Under the pieces are notes generated by a model. The model was not told the origin of the DNA. It saw only the letters and a program-made list of their open reading frames with translations, and did not search any database. Positions 35,699 through 45,953 of a stretch of 64,000 bases of DNA are shown piece by piece. The stretch's first letter is position 1; each line of letters starts with the position of its first letter. Made by a program: the position numbers and the translations under genes. Source of the DNA: Desulfurococcaceae archaeon (GTDB lineage: Archaea > Thermoproteota > Thermoprotei_A > Sulfolobales > Desulfurococcaceae); NCBI GenBank assembly GCA_038879595.1, contig JAVZTI010000005.1:10938-74937 (forward strand). The letters are read 5' to 3'.

Positions 35699-36639
35699 AA
35701 GCATCAATAAAGTCCATAGATTTAAGCATAGGCTATGAGTATGACTATGGAGTACTATGGGTTGTGAATTCAGTAAACATCGTTGTCTGGAGGAATACTA
35801 CCTACTGTATCATAGGTGAAAGTGGGTGTGGAAAGAGCACTCTAGGTAATGCCATGGCAGGTCTTCTACCCACATATGCTTACACTAATGGATATCTAGA
35901 GGTTGAGGGACGCATTGTAGTTAGAGGAGACGAGACTAACTACAATGGTGTTCGAGGAAGGATAGTGACGAGGATACCTCAAGATCCTTCCAGTGCCTTA
36001 AACCCTTATGTAACCATAGGTGAACAGTTAGTAAAAGTGATCAAGCATCACTATGGAGTGAGGGAGAATCCATTAGAAAAAGCTGGAAAACTATTAAAGC
36101 TAGTTAAATTACCTCTGGAAGTCATTGATTACTATCCCCATGAATTAAGCGGCGGGATGAAGCAGAGGGCTGCTATAGCATTAGCCTTAGCTCCAATGCC
36201 TAAAGTTATTGTAGCTGATGAACCCACCAGTAGCCTTGACGCATACTTAAGGGGGGTTGTAGCTAGCTTATTGAAGAGAGTTCAGAGAGAGCTTAATTTA
36301 ACGTTAGTATTCATAACTCATGACATTGCGTTGGCAAGCACTATATGTGACTACATAACTGTAATGTACGCTGGCACAATAGTTGAAGAAGGCGCCTCTG
36401 ACAAAGTACTTCACAACCCTCTACATCCATACACTCAACTACTTTTCAAAGCAATACCTAAGCTTGGCTCTCGAGAGACCTTAAGCACGATCCCAGGATC
36501 TCCTCCGTCACCTACATCGTATCCAGAGGGCTGTAGGTTCAGACCTAGGTGTCCAGTAGGATTTAGTGAATGCTATAAAGCGCCCAAGCTCATTGAAGTT
36601 GAGCCCCAGCATAAAGTATCATGCTGGAGGTATGCTTAG
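35680..36639 (+). CDS. ABC transporter ATP-binding protein (DppD/OppD-like)
   Basis: GESGCGKST, LSGGMKQR, VADEPTSSLD and a C-terminal oligopeptide-type Cys region. Confidence 0.9.
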   Translation: MEVVVLEASIKSIDLSIGYEYDYGVLWVVNSVNIVVWRNTTYCIIGESGCGKSTLGNAMAGLLPTYAYTNGYLEVEGRIVVRGDETNYNGVRGRIVTRIPQDPSSALNPYVTIGEQLVKVIKHHYGVRENPLEKAGKLLKLVKLPLEVIDYYPHELSGGMKQRAAIALALAPMPKVIVADEPTSSLDAYLRGVVASLLKRVQRELNLTLVFITHDIALASTICDYITVMYAGTIVEEGASDKVLHNPLHPYTQLLFKAIPKLGSRETLSTIPGSPPSPTSYPEGCRFRPRCPVGFSECYKAPKLIEVEPQHKVSCWRYA

Positions 36640-37574
36640 TGAGCAATAGTGCGTTACTTCAAGTAATAGATCTCTATGTAAACTATAGAATTGTAAGAAA
36701 GTTCACTGATATAATATCGAGAGTGAGAAGCGCTGTCGCTGATGTAAGCTTTACGCTAAATGAAGGAGAAACTCTTGGGGTAGTTGGCGGTAGCGGTAGT
36801 GGGAAAACTACTTTGCTTAAAACTATAGTGGGCATTCTCAAGCCCTCTAAGGGCGAAGTAGTATATAGAGGGGTGAGCGTCCATAACGCAAGAGGTGAGT
36901 TGAAAAAGAAAATTATGGCTGAAATAGGCTACGTGCCTCAAGAGCCCAGTCAATCACTTGACCCTCGGATGAAGATCTCTAGTAGTGTGACAGAGCCGTT
37001 AAGAGCTCTAAGAATAAGTAAGAGCGATAGATATGAGAGGGCTAAACATATTTTAAAGGTAGTTGGACTCCCAGAAGAAGTTCTAGAACTATATCCAAGG
37101 GATTTAAGCATAGGCATGCTTCAGAGGGTAGCTATAGCTAGAGCGCTTATAACTAAGCCGAAGCTAGTATTACTTGATGAACCCACTTCATCTCTAGACA
37201 TATCAACTCAAGCCCAAATACTCAACTTCCTCAGAGAAATGAGGGAGGTATTCAACTTATCCTACATACTGGTTACTCACGACATAAGTGTTGCAAGTTA
37301 CTTAAGTGAAAGACTTGCAGTAATGTCTCATGGAACTATAGTAGAGGAAGGGCCCGCGAATGAAGTACTGGAGGAACCCCTTCACCCATACACTAAAGTA
37401 CTCATTGAAGCATCTAAACTTAGAGAAATTGAGGAATCCCTTGAAGAGGCGTCAGCGGGTTGCCCATTCATTAACTTATGTACATTTAAGACTAGTACTT
37501 GCTTTAGAGAACTCCCTCCACAAATAGTCATTGGTGCAAGAAGGGTGAAGTGCTGGAGGTATAGCAATAAGTGA
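36621..37574 (+). CDS. ABC transporter ATP-binding protein (DppF/OppF-like)
   Basis: GGSGSGKTT, LSIGMLQR and LLDEPTSSLD. Confidence 0.9.
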   Translation: MLEVCLVSNSALLQVIDLYVNYRIVRKFTDIISRVRSAVADVSFTLNEGETLGVVGGSGSGKTTLLKTIVGILKPSKGEVVYRGVSVHNARGELKKKIMAEIGYVPQEPSQSLDPRMKISSSVTEPLRALRISKSDRYERAKHILKVVGLPEEVLELYPRDLSIGMLQRVAIARALITKPKLVLLDEPTSSLDISTQAQILNFLREMREVFNLSYILVTHDISVASYLSERLAVMSHGTIVEEGPANEVLEEPLHPYTKVLIEASKLREIEESLEEASAGCPFINLCTFKTSTCFRELPPQIVIGARRVKCWRYSNK

Positions 37575-38026
37575 TGAATTCTGCACTAATGGTGCTTGGA
37601 ACACCAGTGAAAAATTTACATTACTTCATAGAACAATTTCTCAGTATTTCTAATGGAACTCTAGTTCTCCACCTAGTGCTGTCAAGGAAAAATAAGGGGA
37701 TTGAAGCAGCATACTTTAAAGAATTCCTTAAGCAGGGCTTATTGAGGCTCCACGTGCTCAAACATGGAAGCATTGATGAAGCTATGGAGTTATTCGTAGA
37801 TATAGATCCAAGCATACTCATATTATTTCTAGCTGATAGCTGTGGAGGCTTATTCATACCTTTAGCTAGATCTAGGAGTATACCCATATACTCTTATGCG
37901 CTTAACTGCTTTAACTACGTATGCGAAGGCTTTTATTCATCGAATATCGACATACTATTAAGTGCATTGAGGAGGGAGTTTGATTACGCCAAGCGTGGGA
38001 ATCTCTATATGGTATGGAACTGTTAA
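37571..38026 (+). CDS. hypothetical protein
   Basis: 151-aa ORF with a 4-nt overlap on the upstream ATPase. No motif recognised. Confidence 0.4.
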   Translation: MMNSALMVLGTPVKNLHYFIEQFLSISNGTLVLHLVLSRKNKGIEAAYFKEFLKQGLLRLHVLKHGSIDEAMELFVDIDPSILILFLADSCGGLFIPLARSRSIPIYSYALNCFNYVCEGFYSSNIDILLSALRREFDYAKRGNLYMVWNC

Positions 38027-38879
38027 AGGAGTTGTTGGCAGTGAGCAAAGGATCTCGGATTTCATAAGGATCCTTATTGAACAAGGCTACAACTTATATG
38101 AAGTAAGCCTTGACTATCCATGGCCTTTCAGTGAACGAGAATTACTTGAAGCACTTCTTAGAGCACTTGCGGAAAACGGTGGCTTAATAGCTCTTCACGC
38201 TCCATGGAGGGATCTAGCGCTAGCTTCTCCTATGGAAGATGTTAGGAGGACTTCAGTAGATGTAATGACTAAGAACTTAGATCTAGTGGTGGGTAGACAT
38301 GATGTTAAGTATATAGTCGTGCATTTACATAGCCAGACATCAATGGGTAAAGTACTAACTAAAGCAAATTGGGACAAAGTAGTTGAATCAGCGGCAAAAT
38401 CACTATATGAACTCAGTGAGTGGAGTAAGAGCAGTGGAGTCCCTATTTGTGTAGAAAACATGCCTAGGGGGGCCTCATCATACTTAGAATTCTTATCTCA
38501 ACTCTCTAATTCTATTAGGTGTCTTGCACTAGATATAGGTCATTTCTATACGTCTTACATAGATCTATATGAAGAACGTTATAGCGACTACTATAGTGCT
38601 CTTACACATGTCTTAAGTACTTTCAATGAGAAGGCCAAGGTAGTGCACTTACATGACGTCATAGTTGTTAATTCAAAGCCTTTTAAAGACATTGTAGACC
38701 ACGTAGTCCCAGGACAGGGGGTTTTAGACTATAGGAGAGTACTCAAGATTGTTTCAGGGTTTAAAGTAGAGCATGTAATTGTTGAAGCATTTATTGCTAG
38801 TGATGGGAGGCACATTAAGTTAAGCGATCTACCTAATTATTTGAGGGAGTATACCACTTGGGTGAAGGTATATCTCTAA
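37980..38879 (+). CDS. sugar phosphate isomerase/epimerase (xylose isomerase-like TIM barrel)
   Basis: ALHAPW, VVHLH, CVENMP, LDIGH and a trailing HLHD follow the AP_endonuc_2-type pattern. Confidence 0.6.
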   Translation: MITPSVGISIWYGTVKGVVGSEQRISDFIRILIEQGYNLYEVSLDYPWPFSERELLEALLRALAENGGLIALHAPWRDLALASPMEDVRRTSVDVMTKNLDLVVGRHDVKYIVVHLHSQTSMGKVLTKANWDKVVESAAKSLYELSEWSKSSGVPICVENMPRGASSYLEFLSQLSNSIRCLALDIGHFYTSYIDLYEERYSDYYSALTHVLSTFNEKAKVVHLHDVIVVNSKPFKDIVDHVVPGQGVLDYRRVLKIVSGFKVEHVIVEAFIASDGRHIKLSDLPNYLREYTTWVKVYL

Positions 38880-39583
38880 CGATAGGAGTTGATGAAGCTG
38901 GAAGAGGCCCAGTAATAGGGGAAATGTTTATAGCCCTAGTGGCGATCCCTCTTGATAGCCTAAAGTATTTAAAGGATCTTGGAGTAATGGACAGTAAACT
39001 CTTAACTCCTCAAATGCGCTCACAACTAGTTCCAAGCATAATAAAGCAATCCCTCGCTACGTTAATAATAAGTGCTTCCCCCATTGAAATAGATCTTTGG
39101 AACTTAAATGAGCTAGAATGGAAGAAGATCCTGGTGGGCATCACTGCATTAGCTATGGCTATCAATGCAAACTCCGTTAAAAGAGTTGTTATAGATATGG
39201 TTAAGGGCTTTAAAGAAAGCATTGAGTACATAAAGAAGATCTATCCATGCGCTGAAGTAATAGTTGAAGAAAGAGCTGATTATAAGTACATTGAAGTTTC
39301 TGCAGCAAGCATTATAGCAAAGTACTATAGGGATCTAGCTATATCTGGGCTAAAAGAAGCCTATGGCGACATAGGCAGCGGCTATTCCAGCGATCCGAAG
39401 ACTATTAAATGGTTGAGGAAAGCGTATGAAACATATGAAAACCCTCCTCAAATCATTAGGAGAAGTTGGAGTTCTATAAAGAATGTAGCTCCAAAATGGT
39501 ATTTAGCTAAAAAAGTCAGAGCCCGCAGTAGGCAGAGAAGCTTGTTGGAATTCATGCGCTATAGTGAGAAGTATTTAGCTTAA
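38858..39583 (+). CDS. rnhB: ribonuclease HII
   Basis: IGVDEAGRGPVIGEMF, DSK and ASIIAK motifs. Confidence 0.85.
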   Translation: MGEGISLTIGVDEAGRGPVIGEMFIALVAIPLDSLKYLKDLGVMDSKLLTPQMRSQLVPSIIKQSLATLIISASPIEIDLWNLNELEWKKILVGITALAMAINANSVKRVVIDMVKGFKESIEYIKKIYPCAEVIVEERADYKYIEVSAASIIAKYYRDLAISGLKEAYGDIGSGYSSDPKTIKWLRKAYETYENPPQIIRRSWSSIKNVAPKWYLAKKVRARSRQRSLLEFMRYSEKYLA

Positions 39584-39619
39584 TAAGAGTTCATCAATAC
39601 GCATTAATAATTGACTGGC

Positions 39620-40627
39620 TTAAGATCTTGGTCTTAGTAGCTTCATTGAAGGCTTGGGGGAGTTCATTATTAAACATTTAATAGGATCTATTGAGTTTAC
39701 GCACTCACTGTATAGATTCATTGAAATAGCCTTTCCCTCAAGAACTTTATTAGCTATTGATGTTTTAAAAGCCATTAATGCTTCAAATCTCTCATCCTGG
39801 TATATGTAATTTGTTAATAGAAGGAGTTCTCTAACTTCGCTCAATATATTTCTAGTTAAACCACTTGAAGAAAGCCTGACTCTTATTCCATGTCTTACAG
39901 CTAGCTCGTATACTGGGGCAAAGCCCCCTGCTCCAGACACCATGGTTTTTGATGGGGACACTAGTACTTCGATATTATTTGAGTACCTCGAGATGATCTC
40001 TATCTCTCTAGAAGTTATATAATTTGCGTAAACTAACTTGAAAGGCCTTCCATTAAGTAGGCCTTTTTCATTTAAGAACTCGAGAGGCCATCGCCCAGTC
40101 CTTTTTCTAAAGATTATTGGAGTGCTCTTAGTTAGCGATAGCTTTAAATATACCTCCCTTGCATCACTTATTAGTTCAATAAGCTCGCTTGGCTCTACGA
40201 AATCTAAGTCAATTGCTTTAGCTGTCGCTGACTCACTTGAAATGAGCTTTAAGTTAATGTGCCTACACTCTTTCAATAAATCAACTAAGTTCTGATCAGC
40301 TGCTCGTTCTAGCTCAACAGCAGCCTCAGTTACTCCATGTGTGGATTCTTCAAGACACACTATCTTAAGGAGCTTAATGTAATCATTGTTAGATAAGTTG
40401 TCTGCAGTTAAGCCAAGTCTACTGGCTACATCAATTAAGGATACGTAGCTATCAGCTAAAGATGGAGTTGCCACAAGCTTTTTATCAATGACTCTGCCTT
40501 TGCTAATACATTGTGATCCAATGCATTCAATCACTCCACTGCTTACCACAATCTTTACTCCTCTAACAATGCTTTCTCCATCAAAAAGTGCAGCTATGTT
40601 AGTTAAAGTAGCTGTAATTGACTTCAC
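39620..40627 (-). CDS. amidohydrolase-fold-like protein, metal ligands apparently lost
   Basis: The N-terminus follows the amidohydrolase beta-sandwich pattern (...IVVSSGVIECIG...RVIDKKLVATPSLADSYVSL), but SY stands where HxH is expected. Confidence 0.35.
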   Translation of the reverse strand: MKSITATLTNIAALFDGESIVRGVKIVVSSGVIECIGSQCISKGRVIDKKLVATPSLADSYVSLIDVASRLGLTADNLSNNDYIKLLKIVCLEESTHGVTEAAVELERAADQNLVDLLKECRHINLKLISSESATAKAIDLDFVEPSELIELISDAREVYLKLSLTKSTPIIFRKRTGRWPLEFLNEKGLLNGRPFKLVYANYITSREIEIISRYSNNIEVLVSPSKTMVSGAGGFAPVYELAVRHGIRVRLSSSGLTRNILSEVRELLLLTNYIYQDERFEALMAFKTSIANKVLEGKAISMNLYSECVNSIDPIKCLIMNSPKPSMKLLRPRS

Positions 40628-40719
40628 ATTACTTCACCACTTTAATACTCTAGCTGCAGAGTGTTTTGGAGATAACTTTTTACTGCTTTTAACCTAATGC
40701 TAGCTTTAGGTGGACTTAG

Positions 40720-41574
40720 TTGAAGCTAAAGTCTGCTGAAAGGCCTGAAAGCGAAGAGGGCCTTCAGTATCATTTAAGAATTAAGCCAGGCGATGTATCT
40801 AGATACGTTCTCCTCCCAGGAGATCCTGAGAGAGTTAAGAGAATAGCTAGCTTCTGGGATGAGGCATGGCATGTCTCATCCCACAGAGAGTTCACTACTT
40901 ATACTGGGAGGTATAGAGGCATTTTAATTAGCTCTACCAGCACTGGCATAGGGGCTCCTTCAACAGCTATAGCCATTGAGGAGTTGCTTAGAGTGGGGGC
41001 TGATACATTCATAAGAGTTGGTACGACAGGCTCTCTTCACAAATGGATTGGAGTCGGCGACATAGTTATATCTACTGGTGCAGTAAGGCTTGAGGGCACA
41101 AGCAAGCTTTATGTAATGCCTGAATACCCGGCTTTAGCTAGTTACGAAGTAGTCTTAGCCCTTATAGAAGCTGCTGAAAGCATTGGAGCAAGATATCACG
41201 TGGGGCTATCTGCATCAAGTGATTCATTTTATGTAGGACAGGAGAGGCCTGGCTTTGGAGACTACGTTCCTCCAACATCAAGAGGGCTTGTAGAGCATTT
41301 AAAGAGAGTTAATGTATTGAACTTTGAAATGGAGGCATCCCTAATATTCACTCTATCCAACTTATACGGCTTTAGAGCTGGAATGGTTTGTGCAGTAGTA
41401 GCTAATAGAGATACAGGAGAATTCATTCCTGATGCAGGAGTTGATGAAGCCATAAGAGTAGCTAATGAAGCAATAAAAATAATTAGTGAATGGGATCTAG
41501 TTAAGGAGAGGAAGGGCAGGAAATACATTTATCCATCACTACTCAAGGAGTGGCTTGTGGGAGGAGGCAAGTGA
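40720..41574 (+). CDS. nucleoside phosphorylase, PNP/UDP family 1 (uridine phosphorylase-like)
   Basis: YHLRIKPGDVSRYVLLPGDPERV, GIGAPS, RVGTTGS and the FEME motif. Confidence 0.8.
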   Translation: MKLKSAERPESEEGLQYHLRIKPGDVSRYVLLPGDPERVKRIASFWDEAWHVSSHREFTTYTGRYRGILISSTSTGIGAPSTAIAIEELLRVGADTFIRVGTTGSLHKWIGVGDIVISTGAVRLEGTSKLYVMPEYPALASYEVVLALIEAAESIGARYHVGLSASSDSFYVGQERPGFGDYVPPTSRGLVEHLKRVNVLNFEMEASLIFTLSNLYGFRAGMVCAVVANRDTGEFIPDAGVDEAIRVANEAIKIISEWDLVKERKGRKYIYPSLLKEWLVGGGK

Positions 41575-42518
41575 AGGAAGCTAAGTACGCTCAAGTAGCT
41601 GTAGGCAATATAAATGTAGACATATACCTATACTTAGGCAAATATCCAAGCAGTGGTGACTCAACTATAGCTAATGAAGCCATACTGAGTCCAGGGGGCT
41701 CTGCACTAAACTATGCTACGGCTGTAGCAAGCTATGGACATGCCTCTTACTTAGTTGGAGTAACTTCAGCTAATCCATTCATGGACTACGTACTATCCGA
41801 AGTCGTAGATAGAGGAGTTAACATAACTTATGTTAGAAGAATTGATGGATTGCCAGGCTTAGTTATAGCATTAGTTGTAGAGGGTAAGGCAGAAAACACA
41901 TTGATTAGGTATAGAGGAGTCAACACTTTTCTTACACCCAATGATGTTCCAAAGGATTTGTTGAGCAGCGTTAGCTTAATACATATAGCTGGAGCTGATC
42001 CAAATGTATCTTTAGAGATCCTTAGAAGATCCATGAGTCTTGGAGTACTTTCAACATACGATCCTGGAGTTGGATTAATGATTAATAGGGAGAAAGTCCT
42101 GGAGGCTGTTAAGTCATCTAGCATAGTTTTCTTAAATAGGAGGGAGGCGCTGGATTTAACTAAGGGAGATCCGCAGAAGCTCATAGACATGGGCGTTGAA
42201 GTAGTCGTCATAAAGAAAGGAGCTGCTGGAGCATACGCTATAACTAGCAGCGAAGTATTTTATGCTATAGCTAAGCCTATCCATAGAGTAGTTAATACTA
42301 CTGGTGCCGGGGACGCTCTTGCAGCATTCTTTAACTCAGTTTTTCTAGAGAGCAAGGATGTTGGGAAAGCACTGCAGTACGGTGTTGCAGCTGCTTCACT
42401 TAAGACATCGTGTGCTTGGAGCATCATATGCTTTAACAAAAGCGCGCTTAATAAGCAATTGAGGGAATCGATGGTTGAACGCCTCCGTGAACCTCCAAGC
42501 TGGGTACTAGAGGACTAG
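41550..42518 (+). CDS. PfkB-family carbohydrate/nucleoside kinase
   Basis: GGSALN near the N-terminus and NTTGAGDA near the C-terminus. Confidence 0.8.
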   Translation: MACGRRQVKEAKYAQVAVGNINVDIYLYLGKYPSSGDSTIANEAILSPGGSALNYATAVASYGHASYLVGVTSANPFMDYVLSEVVDRGVNITYVRRIDGLPGLVIALVVEGKAENTLIRYRGVNTFLTPNDVPKDLLSSVSLIHIAGADPNVSLEILRRSMSLGVLSTYDPGVGLMINREKVLEAVKSSSIVFLNRREALDLTKGDPQKLIDMGVEVVVIKKGAAGAYAITSSEVFYAIAKPIHRVVNTTGAGDALAAFFNSVFLESKDVGKALQYGVAAASLKTSCAWSIICFNKSALNKQLRESMVERLREPPSWVLED

Positions 42519-42527
42519 GTGGTGTAA

Positions 42528-44504
42528 GTGAATCCGCAAAATCCTTATAATTCAATAGTGGAGGAGCTCTCATTAAGGATCCATAGATCCTTATTCCTGA
42601 GGGGTCTAACTATAGATCTCAGTGAATTAATGAGTGAAGTAATTGAACCTCCAAGTAGGGAGATGGGCGATCTAGGTATAGCTCTACATAAGTATGCTAA
42701 GAGACTTGGCCTTAAGCCTGATCAACTAGCTGAAGAAACTAAGGACTTTTTAAATGACTTACCTGGCTTACTATGTGCTAAAGCTATTTCAGGCTACTTA
42801 AATGTAACCTACAATCCAGAGTACATTGCTAAGGTAACGATAAGCTCTGTGAAAAACGTTGAAAACTACGGCTATGTACCAAGTAAAAAGACTCTTAAAA
42901 TAGTTGTTGAACATACTAGCGCTAATCCTATACATCCACTTCACATAGGGCACGGTAGAAATGCTCTCCTTGGAGACACTCTGTATAGATTGCTCACTAA
43001 TAGGGGGCACTTAGTTCAAAGAAGATTTTACATAAATGATACTGGAAGACAAGTGGCGCTCCTAGCCTTTGGGTATAAGTTAATAGGTAGGAGGCCTCCT
43101 GAAAACGCTAAGCCTGATGAGTGGCTGGGCAAGCTTTACGCACTTACAAACCTCCTCATTGAGTTAAGAAGCATTGAGAGTACATTAAGTAAGCTAAGGA
43201 ATGAATCTAAATCACGTGAACTCAGCGAATTAGAAGAAGAGAAATATAGAGAACTATTGAGGAAGGCCGATGAAATTGCGGCAAGTCTAGGCAGGCTGTG
43301 GGAGGAGGACAAAGAGCTCTTCGATGAAGTGAGCAAGGCTTTAATGGAGCATAAGGGGGATCCTGAAGAAGAGATCCTGAAGATAATGTCATCCTATGAG
43401 AGGGGGGAAGAGTGGGCTAAGAGCCTCGTTAGGGAAGTAGTTGATAGAGCTTTAGCAGGGATTCGCGAGACCTTAAGTAAGCTTGGGGTAGAATTCGATA
43501 AATGGGACTATGAAAGCGATCTGGTTTGGAGTGGGCTAGTTAATGAAGTAGTCTCTAAGGCTCTTAGCTCACCTCTTTACATAAAGTACAAGGGCGCTGA
43601 CGCCCTTGATGTTCAGAGAATTGCTTCACAGCAAGTCCTAGGGAAACTCAATATAGACATTAGAGGCGAGATCCCTCCATTAGTCATTAGGAGAAGTGAT
43701 GGAACTCTCTTGTATACAACTAAAGATATAGCATATAGCATCTATAAATTCGCAGACTTTAACGCAGACTTAGTAATTAACGTTATTGGTGCTGAGCAGA
43801 AGCTTCCACAAACGCAGTTGAAGCTGGCTCTTCTAGCGCTAGGATATGTAAGGGAAGCTGAAAACTTAGTTACTTACATATATGAAATGGTTATAGTGCC
43901 TGGCTTAAAGATGAGCAGTAGAAGATACCAAATAGTAACTCTAGACTGGCTCTTAGAAGAACTCTACAGGAAAGCTAAAGATGAAGTTGATAAGAGGAGG
44001 CAGGACTTAAGTGAAAGCGATAGAGCTAGAATAGCCTGGACTATTGCTGTTGCAGCAACGCGATTCTCCATGACTAGCTACGATCCTCTTAAACCATTAA
44101 ACTTCAACCTCAATAAGGTCCTCGACTTAAGCGGTAGTAGTGCCCCATACGTATTATACACTCACGCCCGTGCATCAAATATACTTAAGAAGGCTGGCAG
44201 TATTGAATGGGATCTAATAGATTATAGCTATGCAAGGAATGAAGCAATCAAAGAGCTCGCCTGGCTAGTAATGAAGTATCCACAAATAGCGGTAGAAGCA
44301 GCCGATAAATTAAGCCCAGAGATTCTTGGCAACTACATCGTAAAGATGGCCGATTACTTCAATAAATGGTATGAGAGTGAGCGTATAATAGATGAAGAAG
44401 ATAAATCATATAGAGCTCTTAAGCTAGCAATAGTCCTTGGAGTGAAGAAGTCTCTAGCACACGGCCTCAAGATGTTTGGGGTAACGCCTCTAGATAACAT
44501 TTAA
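42528..44504 (+). CDS. argS: arginine--tRNA ligase
   Basis: SANPIHPLHIGHGRN (HIGH region), a class I layout, and a C-terminal anticodon-binding DALR-type domain. Confidence 0.85.
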   Translation: MNPQNPYNSIVEELSLRIHRSLFLRGLTIDLSELMSEVIEPPSREMGDLGIALHKYAKRLGLKPDQLAEETKDFLNDLPGLLCAKAISGYLNVTYNPEYIAKVTISSVKNVENYGYVPSKKTLKIVVEHTSANPIHPLHIGHGRNALLGDTLYRLLTNRGHLVQRRFYINDTGRQVALLAFGYKLIGRRPPENAKPDEWLGKLYALTNLLIELRSIESTLSKLRNESKSRELSELEEEKYRELLRKADEIAASLGRLWEEDKELFDEVSKALMEHKGDPEEEILKIMSSYERGEEWAKSLVREVVDRALAGIRETLSKLGVEFDKWDYESDLVWSGLVNEVVSKALSSPLYIKYKGADALDVQRIASQQVLGKLNIDIRGEIPPLVIRRSDGTLLYTTKDIAYSIYKFADFNADLVINVIGAEQKLPQTQLKLALLALGYVREAENLVTYIYEMVIVPGLKMSSRRYQIVTLDWLLEELYRKAKDEVDKRRQDLSESDRARIAWTIAVAATRFSMTSYDPLKPLNFNLNKVLDLSGSSAPYVLYTHARASNILKKAGSIEWDLIDYSYARNEAIKELAWLVMKYPQIAVEAADKLSPEILGNYIVKMADYFNKWYESERIIDEEDKSYRALKLAIVLGVKKSLAHGLKMFGVTPLDNI

Positions 44505-44569
44505 TCATTTAGGGATCGATAAATGTACTTCAACATCTCTAGAATAAGTAAGGATAGCGGCTTTGAGAA

Positions 44570-45031
44570 GTGTGTGAAGGAATCAGACGAAGGAGATATC
44601 GCTATCTATTAACAATTATAGTTAGCAAAGATATCATTGTTTATACAAGAAGCATGTCGTTTTCATTAAAAGTAGGTCTTTACATATATGTAGGCTCAGC
44701 ATTCATTAAAGGGGGGCTATATAGCAGAGTTAGGAGGCATTTTAAGAAATTTAAGAAGATACACCGGCATATCGACTATCTTACTGCTGAACCTAGTGTG
44801 TCAATAGTTGGCTTTTACGCCATACCCTGGCGTAGAGATAAGGATTGTGAGCAGTTTTTAACCTCTGCTCTCTTGAGGAAGTTTAAATCAGTGGTTGGCT
44901 TTGGGGCAACCGATAAGCGTGGGGATTCATTTCACTTGTTTTACTGCGGTCTAAGTACAATATACTGCATAAATGAGCTTAATGAGCTACTATACGAAGA
45001 ATTAATTAGTTTTCGGTGGTTTAACAGCTAG
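44570..45031 (+). CDS. GIY-YIG superfamily nuclease-like protein (DUF123)
   Basis: GLYIYVGSAF...LYSRVRRH...HRHIDYL matches the DUF123 signature (HWHIDYL). Confidence 0.7.
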   Translation: MCEGIRRRRYRYLLTIIVSKDIIVYTRSMSFSLKVGLYIYVGSAFIKGGLYSRVRRHFKKFKKIHRHIDYLTAEPSVSIVGFYAIPWRRDKDCEQFLTSALLRKFKSVVGFGATDKRGDSFHLFYCGLSTIYCINELNELLYEELISFRWFNS

Positions 45032-45060
45032 CTAATGATGTATGGTGTTTTCTTGTCGAA

Positions 45061-45558
45061 CTAGGGCGCTTTCCCTTTAAACTCTTCCTTAAGTAATTTA
45101 TACATCTCAGTTAGAGCTATTGGAAGAGATTTATAGCCTGATGTCACTGGCATAAAGTTACTATCTCCAATCCATCGTGGAACTACGTGAATGTGTACGT
45201 GTCCTTCAACTCCGGCTCCAGCTGCTTTACCTATGTTTACTCCAATATTTACTCCATCTGTTTTCAAAGCATTCTTTAATACTTTAACACAAAGCTTCAT
45301 CAGCTTAGCTACTTCAATTAATTCTTCATCATCTAATTCATCTACGCTTGCTGCATGCCTATAGGGAGCTATCATTAAGTGCCCGCAATTATATGGGTAA
45401 GCATTTAGCACTACATAAGCTTTATTACCTCTGTAGAGTACGTAAGCAACATCATCACTTAATTGAGCTAATTTGCAAAATAAGCACTCGTAAATTATTC
45501 CTTCAGAGAATGACTTAATGTACTCATGCCTCCACGGACTCCACAATACTTTACTCAA
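45061..45558 (-). CDS. HIT-family (histidine triad) protein
   Basis: HVHIHVVPR histidine triad and an N-terminal CLFC. Confidence 0.85.
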   Translation of the reverse strand: MSKVLWSPWRHEYIKSFSEGIIYECLFCKLAQLSDDVAYVLYRGNKAYVVLNAYPYNCGHLMIAPYRHAASVDELDDEELIEVAKLMKLCVKVLKNALKTDGVNIGVNIGKAAGAGVEGHVHIHVVPRWIGDSNFMPVTSGYKSLPIALTEMYKLLKEEFKGKAP

Positions 45559-45626
45559 CTAAGCTCACCTTCCTTTCAATGAATTGAAAGCTCCTCCCTT
45601 AAGTACTTAAGTGTTTCACTAATTAT

Positions 45627-45911
45627 TCATCCACCCATTTCAGGAGTTAAGAAAATTATCCTTGAGTTATCAGTCAATTTATAGTTCCAGTCACTTACTG
45701 GAACTCCATTAACTAATATGCTAAGGATTAGTTTAGAAGTCAACAAGCCCTCTCCCAATCTTTTACTAACGTTATTTCTAATGTATTGAATTAAGTCCTT
45801 TAGAGTAGCTTCATCATTTAAATCTATTAGTAGAACCCTCTTATTTTCACCAACAATTTCCCCAGATCTATGTAGAAATACTACAGTGACCTTCAATTTA
45901 CAGTACACCAA
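45627..45911 (-). CDS. MoaD/ThiS-family ubiquitin-like small protein with C-terminal GG
   Basis: 94 aa ending ...FLTPEMGG, with beta-grasp-like alternation. Confidence 0.65.
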   Translation of the reverse strand: MVYCKLKVTVVFLHRSGEIVGENKRVLLIDLNDEATLKDLIQYIRNNVSKRLGEGLLTSKLILSILVNGVPVSDWNYKLTDNSRIIFLTPEMGG

Positions 45912-45953
45912 TTCTGCAGAATTAATAAAGTATTTGTATTAATAAGTGAATAG

